Assembly (NCBI GenBank): GCA_028534125.1
Contig: CM052832.1
Coordinates: 23,190,001-23,254,000, forward strand
Length of the DNA stretch: 64,000 nt
Reading direction: 5' to 3'
From: Lama glama
Lineage: Eukaryota
The position numbers and the translations under genes were made by a program. A model generated the notes under the pieces. The model had not been told where the DNA came from. It made no database searches and worked only from the letters and a program-made list of their open reading frames with translations. Positions within the stretch are counted from its first letter, which is position 1. Every line of letters begins with the position of its first letter. Of the stretch, positions 1-12,642 are shown in pieces.

Positions 1-257
1 CTTTTACAGACATAATAGGATAATAATTCAGTGATTATCTATATGTTTAATATAAATGAGAAACATCACGACTTACAAAATAAACAATTAACAGGGAAGT
101 TTTCAGTGAGTCATTTCAAATTCTAGAACTTGATAACTTTAAGCACAGATACCAAATACTATTTTAAAAAATGGGCACTATGTATGTGCTAATGAGCCTG
201 ATTATACAGTCCCCCTCCATTTCCTGAGCCTGGGATTTTGGAATTGACACTGACCCA

Positions 258-1085
258 GAAGTCAGTAGACCTAGGTTTCAGTTCCACTGGAATGACCACA
301 GACAAATCCTTCTGAAATTGGAGCTTCCAAATACACAAAAGGACACACTAATTCTGCCAATCCTCATTACTCAAGGATTCCATATTTGCTAACTCACCTA
401 CTTGCTAATATTCATTTGCAACTCCCAAGTCAGAATGCATGGTGCTTCCACAGTCATTCATGCACATGCACAGAGTGGCAAAAAATCCGAGTCATGCCTG
501 TTCCCAGCTGAGGTGGGACAAGGCAAGGCTCTGCCTTCTGCTTTCAGCTCTCATAGTGCAAACAAGTATCCCTTTTGTGATCTATTTAGTGAAACAGTTT
601 CATACTTTTTGTGGGGTTTTTTTTCATGATTTCACTCTTTAAAATGGTCCCCAAGTGTAGTGCTACAGTGCTGTCTAGTGTTTCTAAGCACAGAAGTCTA
701 TGATGCGACGGAAATACATGTTTTGGATAAGCTTCATCCAGACATGAGTTATAGTGCTGCTGGCCATGAATTCAATGTAGGTGAATCAAAAATATATATC
801 AAATAACGTATCTTTGAACAGATACACACATAAGGCAAGGTTATGTGTTAATTGACTGATGAAAATGCTGTGAGCAGAGGCTCACAGGGACTTAACCCTG
901 CATCTGCCTGAGGGAGCAATGGTTTAGAATTCACTAACTCAGTGTTCATGACGACTTTGTAGAACAGAACTGCTAATGAATAACAAGAATCAACTATCCC
1001 AGCTTCACAAAGTAGTTGTGATGTGTAAATGAGAAAATACATATTTTTAGCAATATATAACAACTCTTTCTGAATACTTGTCACA
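258..1085 (+). mobile_element. MIR SINE fragment, split by MER82 (pieces ~258-353 and ~997-1085)
   Basis: MIR-like 'gaagtcagtagacctaggtttcagttcc' before the MER82 and 'cttcacaaagtagttgtgatgtgtaaatgagaaaatacat' after it. Confidence 0.5.
354..996 (-). mobile_element. MER82 (TcMar-Tigger non-autonomous DNA transposon), near full length
   Basis: Degenerate TIRs 'ctgccaatcctcattactc' and 'gaataacaagaatcaacta'; internal 'gataagcttcatccagacatgagttatagtgctgctggcc' resembles MER82. Confidence 0.8.
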
Positions 1086-2375
1086 ATCCAGGCTCTGTGT
1101 TGACACTGTGAACTGACATACTGACCGGTCAGGGTCCCTGTTCCACAGAAGGCAGAGATAGGGGAGCACTCAGAAGAAGCTTTAAGCAATATGTAATGTT
1201 AACTTCTTTATTAATATTAATGTTTTCCATATTTAGGCTATTTAAAAATACCTGTCTTCAAAATGTAGGCTTTGTTCTTTTAGGACCAGAAATGGATTTG
1301 GAAAATTAATGTTTTCACAAAATGCCCCTTATTGAAGCCATAAAAGTGAAGAAAGAAAAAAAAGTAAAACATTTCAAGAAAAATCCAGTATTTGGGATTA
1401 TAGAAACTCTACATTGAAATAGTTATTAAGCACAAAATGCACAGGACATTTTATAAAGAGTAGAAGAGCTAATTTCCCACGAGTCTTTAGAAGACTGAAT
1501 TTAGATCAAGGAGAAAATAGACGTACAGCAAAGAAATATTGGGCTATCAGAGGGTCATTTGGTCCGAGGTGCCCAGGATGCTAAACAAACACAAAAAATA
1601 AAAACAATTCTGGTCAGAGTAGAGAGTTGTAAGTAAAACCAAGGAGGTACAAAAGTAAAGCCAAGAGGTTCACCTGGATATCAAAGTCCTTCACGCCATT
1701 CAAATTACAGCCACTGGAGCAGGAGAGAAGCAGCAGCGGCTGAGACAGGTCAAAAGACGCGCAGGCAAGTGCCACTACGGGCGGGTACTTTAACTGCTGC
1801 TCCGTGTCCCTGGGCCAGTTTTACCAATGAGACCGTAGGCTCTAACCTGAAGACTGTGGCTAAAATGTTTCAAGTATGACAGTGCCATATTTCGTGGTTA
1901 GACAGCTTTGCCCAATCTATTTTCCCCAACTCCACTATCAACTGATTGAAAGGACTTAAGATTCTGAAAATCTAACGTGCCTCGCTCCCCTGGGTGGGTA
2001 TGTTGCTATGTAACAAAGAACATGCCAGTTTATCTTCCCCGGCACTAGGCACAGCTGGAAGGAAAGAAAAGGAAACCCATTTAAAAACACTTTAAAGCTA
2101 CTCTCTATTCCAGACTATGAGACTGCTCTCTTTAGGATCTAAAATATGCTTACTTTAACCCATCTTTGTTGACACAGCCACAAACTTCAGCAAATACTGG
2201 AACCAGACTCAACTAGATTTCTTGTAAACTTTCGTATGTGAGCAAAATTCCCCTTTGATTTTGCCTAACGTTCATCTGCTGTAATTTTTACCAAGTTCTA
2301 AAAAGGAAATCTTCTAGCATTCTCTATTCTGTATTTTACGGTAAAAGAAAAAAATGGCGATTGGACAATACTTAC

Positions 2376-2429
2376 CCATTTCAAGCTGTAGTAAATTCTG
2401 TCTCTTCATTCTCTCAAAAGCTTTTTTCT
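2376..2429 (-). other. Candidate alternative first exon (MKRQNLLQLEM plus phase-1 donor)
   Basis: Minus strand: TATAAAA at 2459-2453, TCAG start-like site (A at 2429), agaATG at 2409, 11 open codons, then ATGG|GTAAGT donor at 2375-2370. Confidence 0.35.
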
Positions 2430-4204
2430 GACAGTCATCATTTGTCTTTCTATTTTATAAGCAGTCCTTCTAACCCATGTAACTCTGACACCCAAAGCAA
2501 TGAGTGTAGTTGGGCTTAACGCTTGCAGGAGAGGGAAAAACAAAAACAAAAACAGAAGCCAAAGGTCCCAGTCGGTGGTGGTAGCTGGGTTGTGGAGACC
2601 ATCCTTTTCCTGAAGGAACCCTAAATGTATTCACAACTGGCTGACTCTCCACTGGAAGAAACGTGCAAACTGTCCTCTGTACAAAGCCAAGACTTGTGTC
2701 CCCTGCTGTTGTCCTCAGATCTTCTCTCACACCTGGCATCGTGCAGGAAAGCCAGGAGCCCTGCCCCGGAAGAACTGAGCCTCTTCTATCTCAGGCACCG
2801 ACCGCCTATGTCACCTTGGACTAATCTCTGGCAACCTCCCTGAGCATCAGCCTCTATTCAGCCTTCCCTGGTTTCCTCGAGCAACAAATTCTTTCTCCCT
2901 CCTGTCCACTCCTTCCTTATGGAACTTCTCACGTTTGTGTGGTATCAGAGTGATTTACATAAGCTGCATCTTCTCTACTATGTAGGCAGAAACCTCAGTT
3001 CACCCATATTTCTATCTCCCTCTTCTCTCTACTCTAAAGCCCAGAGTCTCAACTTTCAAAAGATACCATTAACTATAAGACTAATAAATAAAACTTTTAA
3101 GTCTACTTCGCTATGCCAGTCTCTCTTCATAAATAAGTGGGCATAACGGAAAGGGGCGATCACACTTGTTAACTAGCTTAAGACTCTCTACTGAAAAAGG
3201 AAAGCAAATATTCATTAAAAACTTAAAGTCTTACATGATAAAGATAAGCTCCTATGATAAGGAACACAGGAACATTGAAATCTTAGGTCTATTCCAGCCC
3301 TTTGATTCTAGTCATGAAAACGTTTGGGAAAAGCAGTGTGTGTGTCTTCCAGCTGGTCTCCCCTGCTCATCCCATAGGGACCCCATTCTTTGCCATGCCT
3401 CCTAGGCCAAGTTTAATCAGCACAGAACAAGGTGCTCTCCACCTAGCATAGCTGAGACAACCTCAGCCTCTTCTGGTACCTGGAACTCCGAGCACTCTCC
3501 GGCATTATAATAAAGCACGTTTCACTACCACAAGTATTAAGAGAAAGGGAAGGGACCTTAAATGTGTGGTGAAATATCAACCTTGAAGTCAGATGGAGGA
3601 ATTCATACATTTTAATGCACCTCTTTTGTAAGGCAACACATTCCTACTCAGTAAGGAACAAGGCTGCCAAGGCTGTTTCCCTTTCTTAGAAACTAAATCT
3701 CTTCTGTCCTAAAAAATCACATATGACTCCTCAAATTTTACAAATCAGCTTCCTTGCACGTATGTAATGAAATATTCAAGAAACAAGGGCTTCAGAAAGG
3801 AGTGAGATCAAGAGACCTGTGTCTGAAGCATCACAGCACAAGTTCACATTCCCATTTGAGTAACTCATGCAAAAGGCACAGCCCACGAGGCCCTCTCTGA
3901 TCTGGTCCAGTTACCCCCACATTCCTGGACACCTGGCACAATGAGCAGCTCACCACTGTCTGAACATACTGAGCATCTTCTCAGCTCTTTCTTCTTCTCT
4001 GTTAGATGAAGCCCTTTAAGGTTCTGCTTTCTGAATCCATTCCTGAGTGAGGTATTTGTCCCTGCATCTGTGCTCACATACGACTTTATTTAGTACTTAG
4101 ATGTCATGGATGGTTAGTTAGGTATCCATGTGGTCCTCACCACCCTGAAGGATAATGACTTACCCATCTTTCACCTCCAGAAACTAGCATGGCGCCTGAT
4201 ATAT

Positions 4205-4600
4205 AATTGTCTTCCCACTTCTTTGGCATAGACTTGTCAGCTCCAAGTGTCTGTGCAGCCCAAGGTGGGCCATCATCCAGGTGGGCCACCTAGTCAGTTC
4301 TCCCCATGGTATATGAGCAGAAGAGACGTTTGCCTCTTTCAGGCCAAGCTGGTTAAGAAATGGCTATGCCTTCTTCATCTCCTTTTTCCCCTTCTACTTG
4401 CTGAATGCAGAGGATTCCAAAGGCTGACAGAGTCATTGGATGAAAGGAACCTGAGTCCTCGAGTCACTGCTGGAGGAAAGCCTCCTGCCCACTAGGAACA
4501 CTCTCATTAGATTGTCACACGAGCAAGAAACTAACCTCTATTGTGTTAAGCCACTGACGTTTGAGGTTTTATTTTATAGTAGCTTCAGCCTAAGTAATAC
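4205..4600 (+). mobile_element. MaLR LTR, old MLT1 type (MLT1J-like)
   Basis: 'gatgaaaggaacctgagtcc...gagcaagaaactaacctctattgtgttaagccactga...taataca' is a typical MLT1 3' half. Confidence 0.7.
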
Positions 4601-4699
4601 AGATTAATTCTCAAAAATGTGTATTTTATTGTATTAAATAATTCTGTGTCACAAACAATGCTTAGTACCTGTAATGTCTAAATCATGATGCATAGATAT

Positions 4700-4785
4700 A
4701 GGAAAAGGAAGGAAAGGGAACAGGGCGGGAGGAAAAGACGGGAGGAGGAAGGAAAGAAAGAGAAAGGAAGAAGGAAAAAGAAGCT
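4700..4785 (+). repeat. GA-rich low-complexity purine tract
   Basis: ggaa/agaa-rich run read directly. Confidence 0.8.
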
Positions 4786-6692
4786 GCATATAATGAAGAA
4801 ATGCAGTCAAGCTGCTACCTCTAATGTAAGCTGCCTACATCCTCACCATCAATCAAGTACATGATAACCAGGCCATTTGTTAACTTTGTTGCCGTATCTG
4901 CAATGCCTAAACATTTCCTGAGACAGCAGGCATTCCATAAATATGTACTGAATTAACCAGTAAATAAAATTAACTTATATCATGTCTTTGCTTCTTTATA
5001 AAATGACCCCAAGAAATCACATCTCCCTAAGCCTACAGATTATGTCATTTAATAAAGTATAAAATAATTTTTCTCCTCCAAATGTTTAAAAAACAGCACA
5101 TAAGGCATTCATCTGAATGCCTGTGATGTATCATGGGCCGTATGGAATATGTGTTCCCAGGAAGCTTCCTTCTAGAATAATAGCATATTGCTTGCTGTTA
5201 AAGAGCTGATGCTTAATGGTTGGCTCTGAATTAAATGAAAGGCAGGATTTTTCTCCCTTTTTTATCCTGATCTCCAAAACAAGTTACTTATTATTATAAG
5301 AATTTTTAGAAAAACTTTCAGAAGATATTTCTGGGGAGGGAGAGCAGGGGAAGGAGACTTTTCTAAAACAGAAAAAAATTATAATCCAACCTTAATATCA
5401 AGTAAAGGGAAAAGAGACCACATGTAGTGATGAGACCAATTTAATCTACATCCTACAGTCCAATGGTCCAATTACTGCAATATATATGTGAGGCTAAATT
5501 TTGCCCAGCCCTGCTAATCAGACAGCAGCTCACTGTGTCTGTTTATCTCTAGGCCATCACCCAGTTGTACAGTAAATCTGCATTTCCAGAGACCGTCTAA
5601 AATAGAAACCCATGCTGGCTAAATTTGTTTTGGGACATATCAGGCAACAGCTAGGAATTTTTAAATGACCAACTTGTATTCCACTGAGGCACTGAATGAA
5701 TTGATTGGGGAAAAGCTAAAAATTGAACAGTATTTTCTGGAGTAGGCGAAGGCTAGTGCTGCCAGTGAAAATGTGTCGCTACCAAGAGAACACCTATCAA
5801 TCAGAGCTGATTTTCAAGTAGAAATGTGGAAAAAAATAAAATTAAATGAGAAAGGGGAAGTCTTATTTTTCCCCTCTATGGGGCCCTTTCCAAGTAGGCC
5901 AGTGATATAATTAAGCCCTCAGGAATACATGCACATTTCCACCACTGAAATTATATAGGCGATAACAAGTTTTCCCACCAGCCAGGGGTTATTTCTCAGT
6001 TGAGACAATCTTTGATCGGAAGACGGGCACACGGACTCGGAAAGGGCTGACACTCAAAGGACCGATATTGTGGGACTGATCGGTTTCTAACGTGGAGAGC
6101 GCGGTGCTGCCGCTGAGAAGAGGGCTCTCCTGAGAGACAAGCCCAGCTATTGTTTGGCTGCTCTCATGTTAGCGAGTGCCCTGCGGTAACCCTCATGCTC
6201 TGAAATACTCATATTGGTTATTTCAAAGTTGGGTGCAGAATTGTGCTTTCCCGTGTCTGTCACTAATGACTTGCAGCTGTTGCTAATCTGTGCCTCTGAT
6301 TTCCTTTGATTACTATGTGTATTGATGCCTGTGGTAAATAGGCATCTGCCAGGTGCCAGCACAATCAGGGGAAAAATATAAAAAGTTCCCTGTTTCAAAT
6401 TCAATGTGACATTGTGCAAGTTGAGAGGCAGCCATTTAACTATTCAGAGGAAACAGCTTCCTGGGGCACCTCCGGCCTCCTGGCCAGGGACATTCCTCCC
6501 GTTCTCCAACACCATCCCCTCCACACCGCCCCCACCCCCATAATGCTGATTTTCTTTAGGATGGTTTTCAGCCACGAGAAGAGGGTTTCCATAGCCCATG
6601 ACATCAGCAGAGAGAAATATGTAATGACTGGTTATGACCCAAGTTTCTAGAGAGCGAGTAACTCAGCTGAGCTAAGCTTTAAAGGACCTCAC

Positions 6693-6817
6693 CTGTTCAT
6701 GAAGTGCCCAAAGCTTCTCCACAACAGCTGTCCTGTGCTTTTCCCTCTGAGGAACATCTTTGTCAGGAAGGGCTCTGGGCAGTATCACCTTCTCTTTCTG
6801 GAGAACCAGGTGATAAT
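6693..6817 (-). other. Candidate internal exon, 125 nt
   Basis: Acceptor tcatcttgctctgttttcttccAG| and donor CAG|GTGAGG; one frame is open throughout (YHLVLQKEKVILPRALPDKDVPQREKHRTAVVEKLWALHEQ). Confidence 0.4.
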
Positions 6818-7527
6818 CTGGAAGAAAACAGAGCAAGATGAAGGCTTTCCCAGGAAAGATGCAAAAGTGATCAGGATCAAAAACCAACACCTACAGGTAC
6901 AATGGACTGTAGCTTCTCTCAAGCACTTTTGTTTTGCCTTGTTTTTTGGTTCTGAGGGAAGCTACAGGCAGAGTTCATTCACTTCTTACTGTTACACAGC
7001 AATCTTAGAGCATAGCCTGGAAGAAAGAAAGGAAACTTTGATGGCTTCCTCCACCCTCCTTCACCACAGCAGTAAGAGCAATGATTTTATCACTGCCAGG
7101 AAATAGGGCAAAGGGAAGGTCTGCTTTGGAGTTAGTTGTTCGGTTGCAAAGTTAGGCACCCCAAAGAAGAGGCCAAAGAATAAAGGCCGGCCAAATGAAG
7201 CCTAGAATATTGGGAGAAAAGTTCATGAAATCCCAAGATATATTGACATTAAATAGGTCGTTTGAACCTTACAAAACTCTGATATGAAAATGAGCATCGG
7301 ATGGACTCTTATCACTCCCGCTTGGGCAACTTTAAAACCCAGACTGCGGCTAAGACACAGATTTACAAGCAGAGCTTGGAATGTCTGGTCTTCTTCCATC
7401 AAACTGGGGCAAAGTGTCCACTTTAGATATTTAATCCCTATGGCTTCATCAGACAGTAAGAGAGTATGCCCCAACAATAGATAAAAACAAAACAAGTGAA
7501 AGAGAACCTCAAATCTAAGTCAGAAGA

Positions 7528-7840
7528 TCAAGTTTTAAGTAAGCAGTTGGTATCTTTATTTATCTGTCAGAGAACAGTTTTTTCTTATTAACTGTAATGC
7601 TATGAAACTTGGAAGAACACCTATCCATTTATTTGAAATGTTCTCAAGTGTCAGATGGCTTAGGGAAAGGTAATAGGAAAATGGTAATAGAAGAAACAAC
7701 AGGAGGATGAAAGGGCAGGAATAAGACAATTCAAGAAGACAATTACGTTTGTTAAACCTCGTAGAATTACATACTTAAACGAGTGAACTTTACAGTGTGT
7801 AAATTACACTTCAATAAACTTGGTTTATAAAATAAAAAAA
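7528..7840 (+). mobile_element. Retroposed insert: ~215 bp unassigned sequence plus an old L1M(B/E)-like 3' end, AATAAA and A tail, flanked by a 17-bp TSD
   Basis: Perfect direct repeat AAATCTAAGTCAGAAGA at 7511-7527 and 7841-7857; AATAAA at 7813-7818; A-run 7834-7843. Confidence 0.65.
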
Positions 7841-9019
7841 AAATCTAAGTCAGAAGAAATAATTAGAAGAATTTAGTAAATGCCCATTAGCCCAGTGATT
7901 AAGGGAAGCAGATGCACCATCTGGACATTGATTATAAGATTCAGAAAGAAACCTCTGAGTCAAGTCAAGCACAAGATTAATAATAAGGGGACATAGATTA
8001 ATAAATTTGTAAAAGTATGAGTCAACATTCTTAGAAAGAGATAGTATATCATTCCCTGGATATTCAGACAACAAATACTTCAAAACTATTTCACTACACT
8101 GCATTTTATTTATTTCAAAAAAAAAAAAATCCCCGATCCAAACTGGAAGCAAGTCAACATCTGAAAGGTTCTTCTTGATGGATTGAAAAGAGGAAAGACT
8201 TTACCGAGATACAGAATATGCTGCCAAGGAGACTGACTGAAGGTAAAGACATCAAAGAGATTCGACTCTGCGGCTGCTCTTTTAATCAAAGGTGCATGAA
8301 GTATGCAAAAGCATCTCTCTTCTCATTGACAGTCAGAAAAAAAGATAGAGTGAGATGAGGTGTAGAGCTGATAATCATCCAGAAAACCAGTAGGAAAAGG
8401 CTAGCTAGGGATGTGTATTACTCTGTTAATGCCAATTCACACAGTCACCTCCCCACCATCCCCATTCCCCAAAGGAATGCAGTGTCAGGCACAACATACT
8501 CTCAGCCTCACAAGCAAACCTGCATGGCAGAGAAATTTTTGGTTCCCCTGCTCCTTGATATGACCTCTTATAATGACCAGTAATCTCAGTAGTGAGGTTT
8601 AAATAGCCACCAACACATCTGAACACAATATATTCCAGAATGACTCCTGTAAAAGGAAACGTCCTGTTGGAGCTCTGTCAAGGGTCTAGGTCCTACTCAG
8701 GCAATGAAGTTGAACTGAATCCTGCACTGACAGCAAGAGCTAATTGCAGCCAAATGAAATAATCAGTGAGGTCTTTTGTCCATCCATCTCCCTGCTCCAT
8801 CCTCAACAAAACTCTTACTCAGTAACTTGGAGGAATCAGAAATCACAAAAGAAATCCACTAAACGTGTGAGCTAAGAGTCATCACCGTGAGTGTCACCTA
8901 CATCACTGGGTGAAGGTACGACACATCCAATACTTAGTGTTACCAGTTTCACATTTAATTCAGGTCACTGGAATGGCAACTGCCTCTTTTTCAAATATTT
9001 AAACAGGAGTTTTGTGACT

Positions 9020-9320
9020 GGGTTCCCTAACAGTGATGCAAAGGGAGTTATCAATGTGAGCTGCTCGGCAAGTTAAATTAAAATATAATAAAATGGATTA
9101 AAACTTTAAAAGAATTTGGAAAAATGCTTAATATTGTATGCTTCCTTTTAAAGATTCCTAAAATACACTACCACATAATGGAATTCAGGACATGAGGAGT
9201 CCTGAAGTTCAATAAAATTTAACACAGTTTAATCTAGAATTTTCTAACTACATTTAACGGGAAAATTACTTGGTATGGACAACACCTATAAATACATGCA
9301 AAAAAACTGTTTCATGCTCA
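9020..9320. mobile_element. hAT-Charlie DNA transposon remnant (MER113-like)
   Basis: 'aaagaatttggaaaaatgct...ttcaggacatgaggagtcctgaag...tttaatctagaattttctaac' resembles MER113; heavily diverged. Confidence 0.4.
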
Positions 9321-9779
9321 TCTGCCTATATCAAAACAGACATTTTATTATTTATAAATTGGCAAATGTAGGGAGTACTTCTGTGATAGATTGCCATCTA
9401 CATAATTTGCTCCATAAAGTGGCCATAATAATTAATGAACCTTAGCAATAATCAAGATGAGGCAAAAATCACTGTCCAGTTGAAATTCTGTGACATGATA
9501 AGTTAATCTGGGGTCTTTCTCAATTGCTTATTACACGTTTTGTAGAATACTTCATTTGTATTAATGAAAATGGGAAATGTAATTTTTGCCACAAAGAAAT
9601 GTGACCTCAGGGGAATTCTACACGTGTTTTCATAACGTTCATCCTCTATGTCCCCGCCTCCCAAAATCTCTACGTGAGTATAATCAGGAGAGATTTAAAG
9701 AAGACCTTCCACGTGAAAAACATGTGCTAGAGACTGAGGGACCTCACTCCTTGTTCTGAAGCTTGTTAAATTCAGTAGA

Positions 9780-10800
9780 TGAAATATGATAACTCTGCTA
9801 ATAATAAAAGATGCAAATCTGTAAAAATGCTATTAGAGAAGAAGAGAGGGCCAGCTTCCGAGTACAACTGGGAACATCATGAAGTGGATGTCACTTGAGT
9901 GGAAACTGGAGAATGTGTTGGTCACTAACAAACAGAGGGAAGGAAGAGAAGAGAATTACAGCATGACTAAGGAGAAATGCTAGAAAATGAAAGAGATGGT
10001 TGCATTCAGATTTTGGGGGGGTCTTGAATACGAAGTAGGACATTTGAAAAGTGAAAATAAATTATATAAACAATAAAGAGCCAATAAAGGTTCCTGAGAA
10101 AAGCAGCAGCCCTGAAAGAGCTACACCCTGGGAACAGCGTGTGGAATGGACGCAGGGAGCAGTCTAGAGCACTGGTTCTCAAAGTGTGGTCCCCAAGGCG
10201 GCAGCAGCGTCACCTGAGGCCATGTCAGGAATGCTCATTTTCAGCCCCCACCCCAGATCTACAGAATCAGAAACTGAAAGTGGGACTCAGGAATCTGTGT
10301 TTTAACAAGTCGTTAGAGGATGCTGATACATGCTCAAGTTTGAGAACTACTTGTCTAAAGGCAAGAAAATCAATCACAAGACAATTTTATTCATCCAGAT
10401 GCCTGGTAATGAAGAGTTAATCTGGGGGAAAATAACCACAGTAAGAAGGTAAAGGATAGAACAGATGGGGGGAAAGCAGCTAATTTCACCAACTGATCAG
10501 TGATCTGAAGGATGCAGATCATCACGTCTCTTCAAATGCTGTCCCAGACTTCCCAGACAGGTGACCACAGTTCCCCCTGTTTTTCCCTCGTGTGTAAGAA
10601 ATATTGCAGCAGCACAGCTGAACCGCTTCTGAAGACTACCTAGGTACAAAGAAAGAGGGATGGAGAGGATTTAAAGTAACTCTAAGTTTTAAGCCTCAAA
10701 GATAGATGTTGAAAGATGCCTTTAACAAAGACAAATAAGAAAAGTAGGAGATACAAATAAGACATAAGAAAAGTAGGAGGAAAAATGGGATGAACCCATG
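9780..10800 (-). mobile_element. L2 LINE fragments, interrupted by MER5A
   Basis: Purine-rich L2-antisense signatures 'cacttgagtggaaactggagaatg', 'agagccaataaaggttcctgag', 'actctaagttttaagcct'. Confidence 0.5.
10170..10352. mobile_element. MER5A (hAT-Charlie MITE)
   Basis: TIR-like 'cactggttctcaaagtgtggtcc' ... 'aagtttgagaactact'; internal 'cccagatctacagaatcagaaact', 'aatctgtgttttaacaag'. Confidence 0.85.
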
Positions 10801-11230
10801 TGTTTAGTTTTTACTTATTTATACCCCTATCCAATGAAAAGGATTTACAGAAGTTTATAAAAATGCATATTATATATACAGTAATGTAAAATAACATAAG
10901 GTAAAATAAAAATAAGAAGGGAAAAATGAGGCCAGAGAAAAATAAAAGTAGAAAACTAAGATGAAGCCACAAGTGAGCCAGAATAGAGTCACGAATTTGG
11001 CTTTATGCTTCCTTGTAATCCCTACCCCAAAAGTCACAGGATCCATGAGAGTAAGTAAATCCGTTACTGAGGAAAAGTTCATTTTTCCTTTGTACTGAAA
11101 CCAGGGAGAAATTTCCACCTCAGACCATCAAAGAGGGGATTTACAATGTAGCAAACAATGTTCTCAATACTGCCCTTGGAGATAAATAATTTGGTTTGAG
11201 AACATCACCTTGAACTGTATGTACAATAAT
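10800..11230. mobile_element. Ancient mammalian repeat (MamRep605-like)
   Basis: 'aaaaggatttacagaagtttataaaaatgcat' and 'gtactgaaaccagggagaaatttcc' resemble this family from memory. Confidence 0.35.
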
Positions 11231-11474
11231 GTCAATATTTCCTGCAGAAAGTTGAAAGTGTAACTCTGAAGCTTGAGAAGAAAATCAGGAGTGAAAATAT
11301 AAATGAATTTGTAATTTTCCCACATGAAAGAGATGCCTGGTGGGTTAATGACAATAGAGTAAGAAAAACAGAATTGAAAAGGTCTTGTTGCCTGAATAAG
11401 ATATAGAATTGTCACCAAGATTATATAGCAATAAATTTCAAACATGAATAAATATTTAATTGAAAATATAAAAA

Positions 11475-12616
11475 TGAACAGCAAAGGAAACTATCAACAA
11501 AACAAAAAGGCCACATACTGAATGAGACAAGACATTTGGTAAATGGTATTTGCAAACGATATATCTAATATGAGGAAAGATATGTGCAAATGATATATCT
11601 GACAAGGAGTTAGCATACAAAGAATTCATACAACTCAACATCAAAAAAAGAAACAAACCTATTTAAAAATGGGCAGAGGAACTGAAAGGACATTTTTCCA
11701 AAGAAGGAATACAGACACGTGAAAAGATGCTCAACATCACTCATCATCAAAGAAATGCAAATCAAAACCACAGTGAGCTATCACCTCACACTTGTCAGAA
11801 TGGCTATTATCAAAAAGACAAGAAATAACAAGAGATGTGGTGAGGATGTGGAGAAAAGGGAGAACTCATGCACTGTTGGTGGGAATGTAAATTGGTGCAG
11901 CCACTATGGAAAAGTGTGGAGGTTTCCCAAAAAATTAAAAATAAAACTATCATATGATCCAGCAATTCCACTTCTGGGTATCTTTCTGAAAAAAACAAAA
12001 ACAGTAATTAGAAAAAAATATATGCAACCCTATGTTCATCTCAGCATAATTTACAATAGCCAAGATATTGAAGCAACCTAAGTGCCCATTAATAGATGAC
12101 TGGATAATGAAGATATGGTAAATAAATATGTAATATATGCATATATGTATATATATTGGAATATTACTCAGCCATAGAAAAGACTAAAATTTTGCTATTT
12201 GTGACAACATGGATGTACCTAGAGGGTATTATGCTAAGTGAAATAAGTCAGACAGAGAAAGACAAATATCATACAATTTCACTTATATATGGAATGTAAA
12301 AAAACAACACAAATGAACAAAAATAACAAAACAGAAACAGACTCATAGATACAGAGAACAAACAGGTGGTTGTCAGCAGAGTGGGAGTGAAATATGTGAG
12401 GGAGAGTAACATGTACAAACTTCCAGTTACAAAATAAATGAGTCACTGGGATAAAATGCACAGCATGGGTAGTAGAGTCAATAATATTGTTATATTTTGT
12501 ACAGTGACAGAACTAGACTTATCTTGGTGATCATTTTGAAATGTATAGGAATACTGAATCAATATGTTATCCACCTAGAACTAATGTAGTGTTGTAGGTC
12601 AATTATACTTCAATTA
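11475..12616 (+). mobile_element. 5'-truncated L1 (ORF2 C-terminus plus 3' UTR), laurasiatherian L1MA-derived lineage, decayed
   Basis: ORF 11719-12081 '[32 protein letters not shown]' is L1 ORF2; 3' UTR ends 'gtaggtcaattatacttcaatt'. Confidence 0.92.
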
Positions 12617-12642
12617 TACACACACACACACACACATACACA
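12617..12642 (+). repeat. (CA)n microsatellite at the L1 tail
   Basis: acacacacacacacacacatacaca. Confidence 0.85.

Noticed and set aside
5103..5122. Perfect 9-bp inverted repeat AGGCATTCA-tc-TGAATGCCT
   Set aside because: About one stem of this length is expected by chance in 64 kb, and there is no supporting context
6699..7106. 135-aa plus-strand ORF
   Set aside because: No recognisable domain; the splice signals here favour the opposite strand
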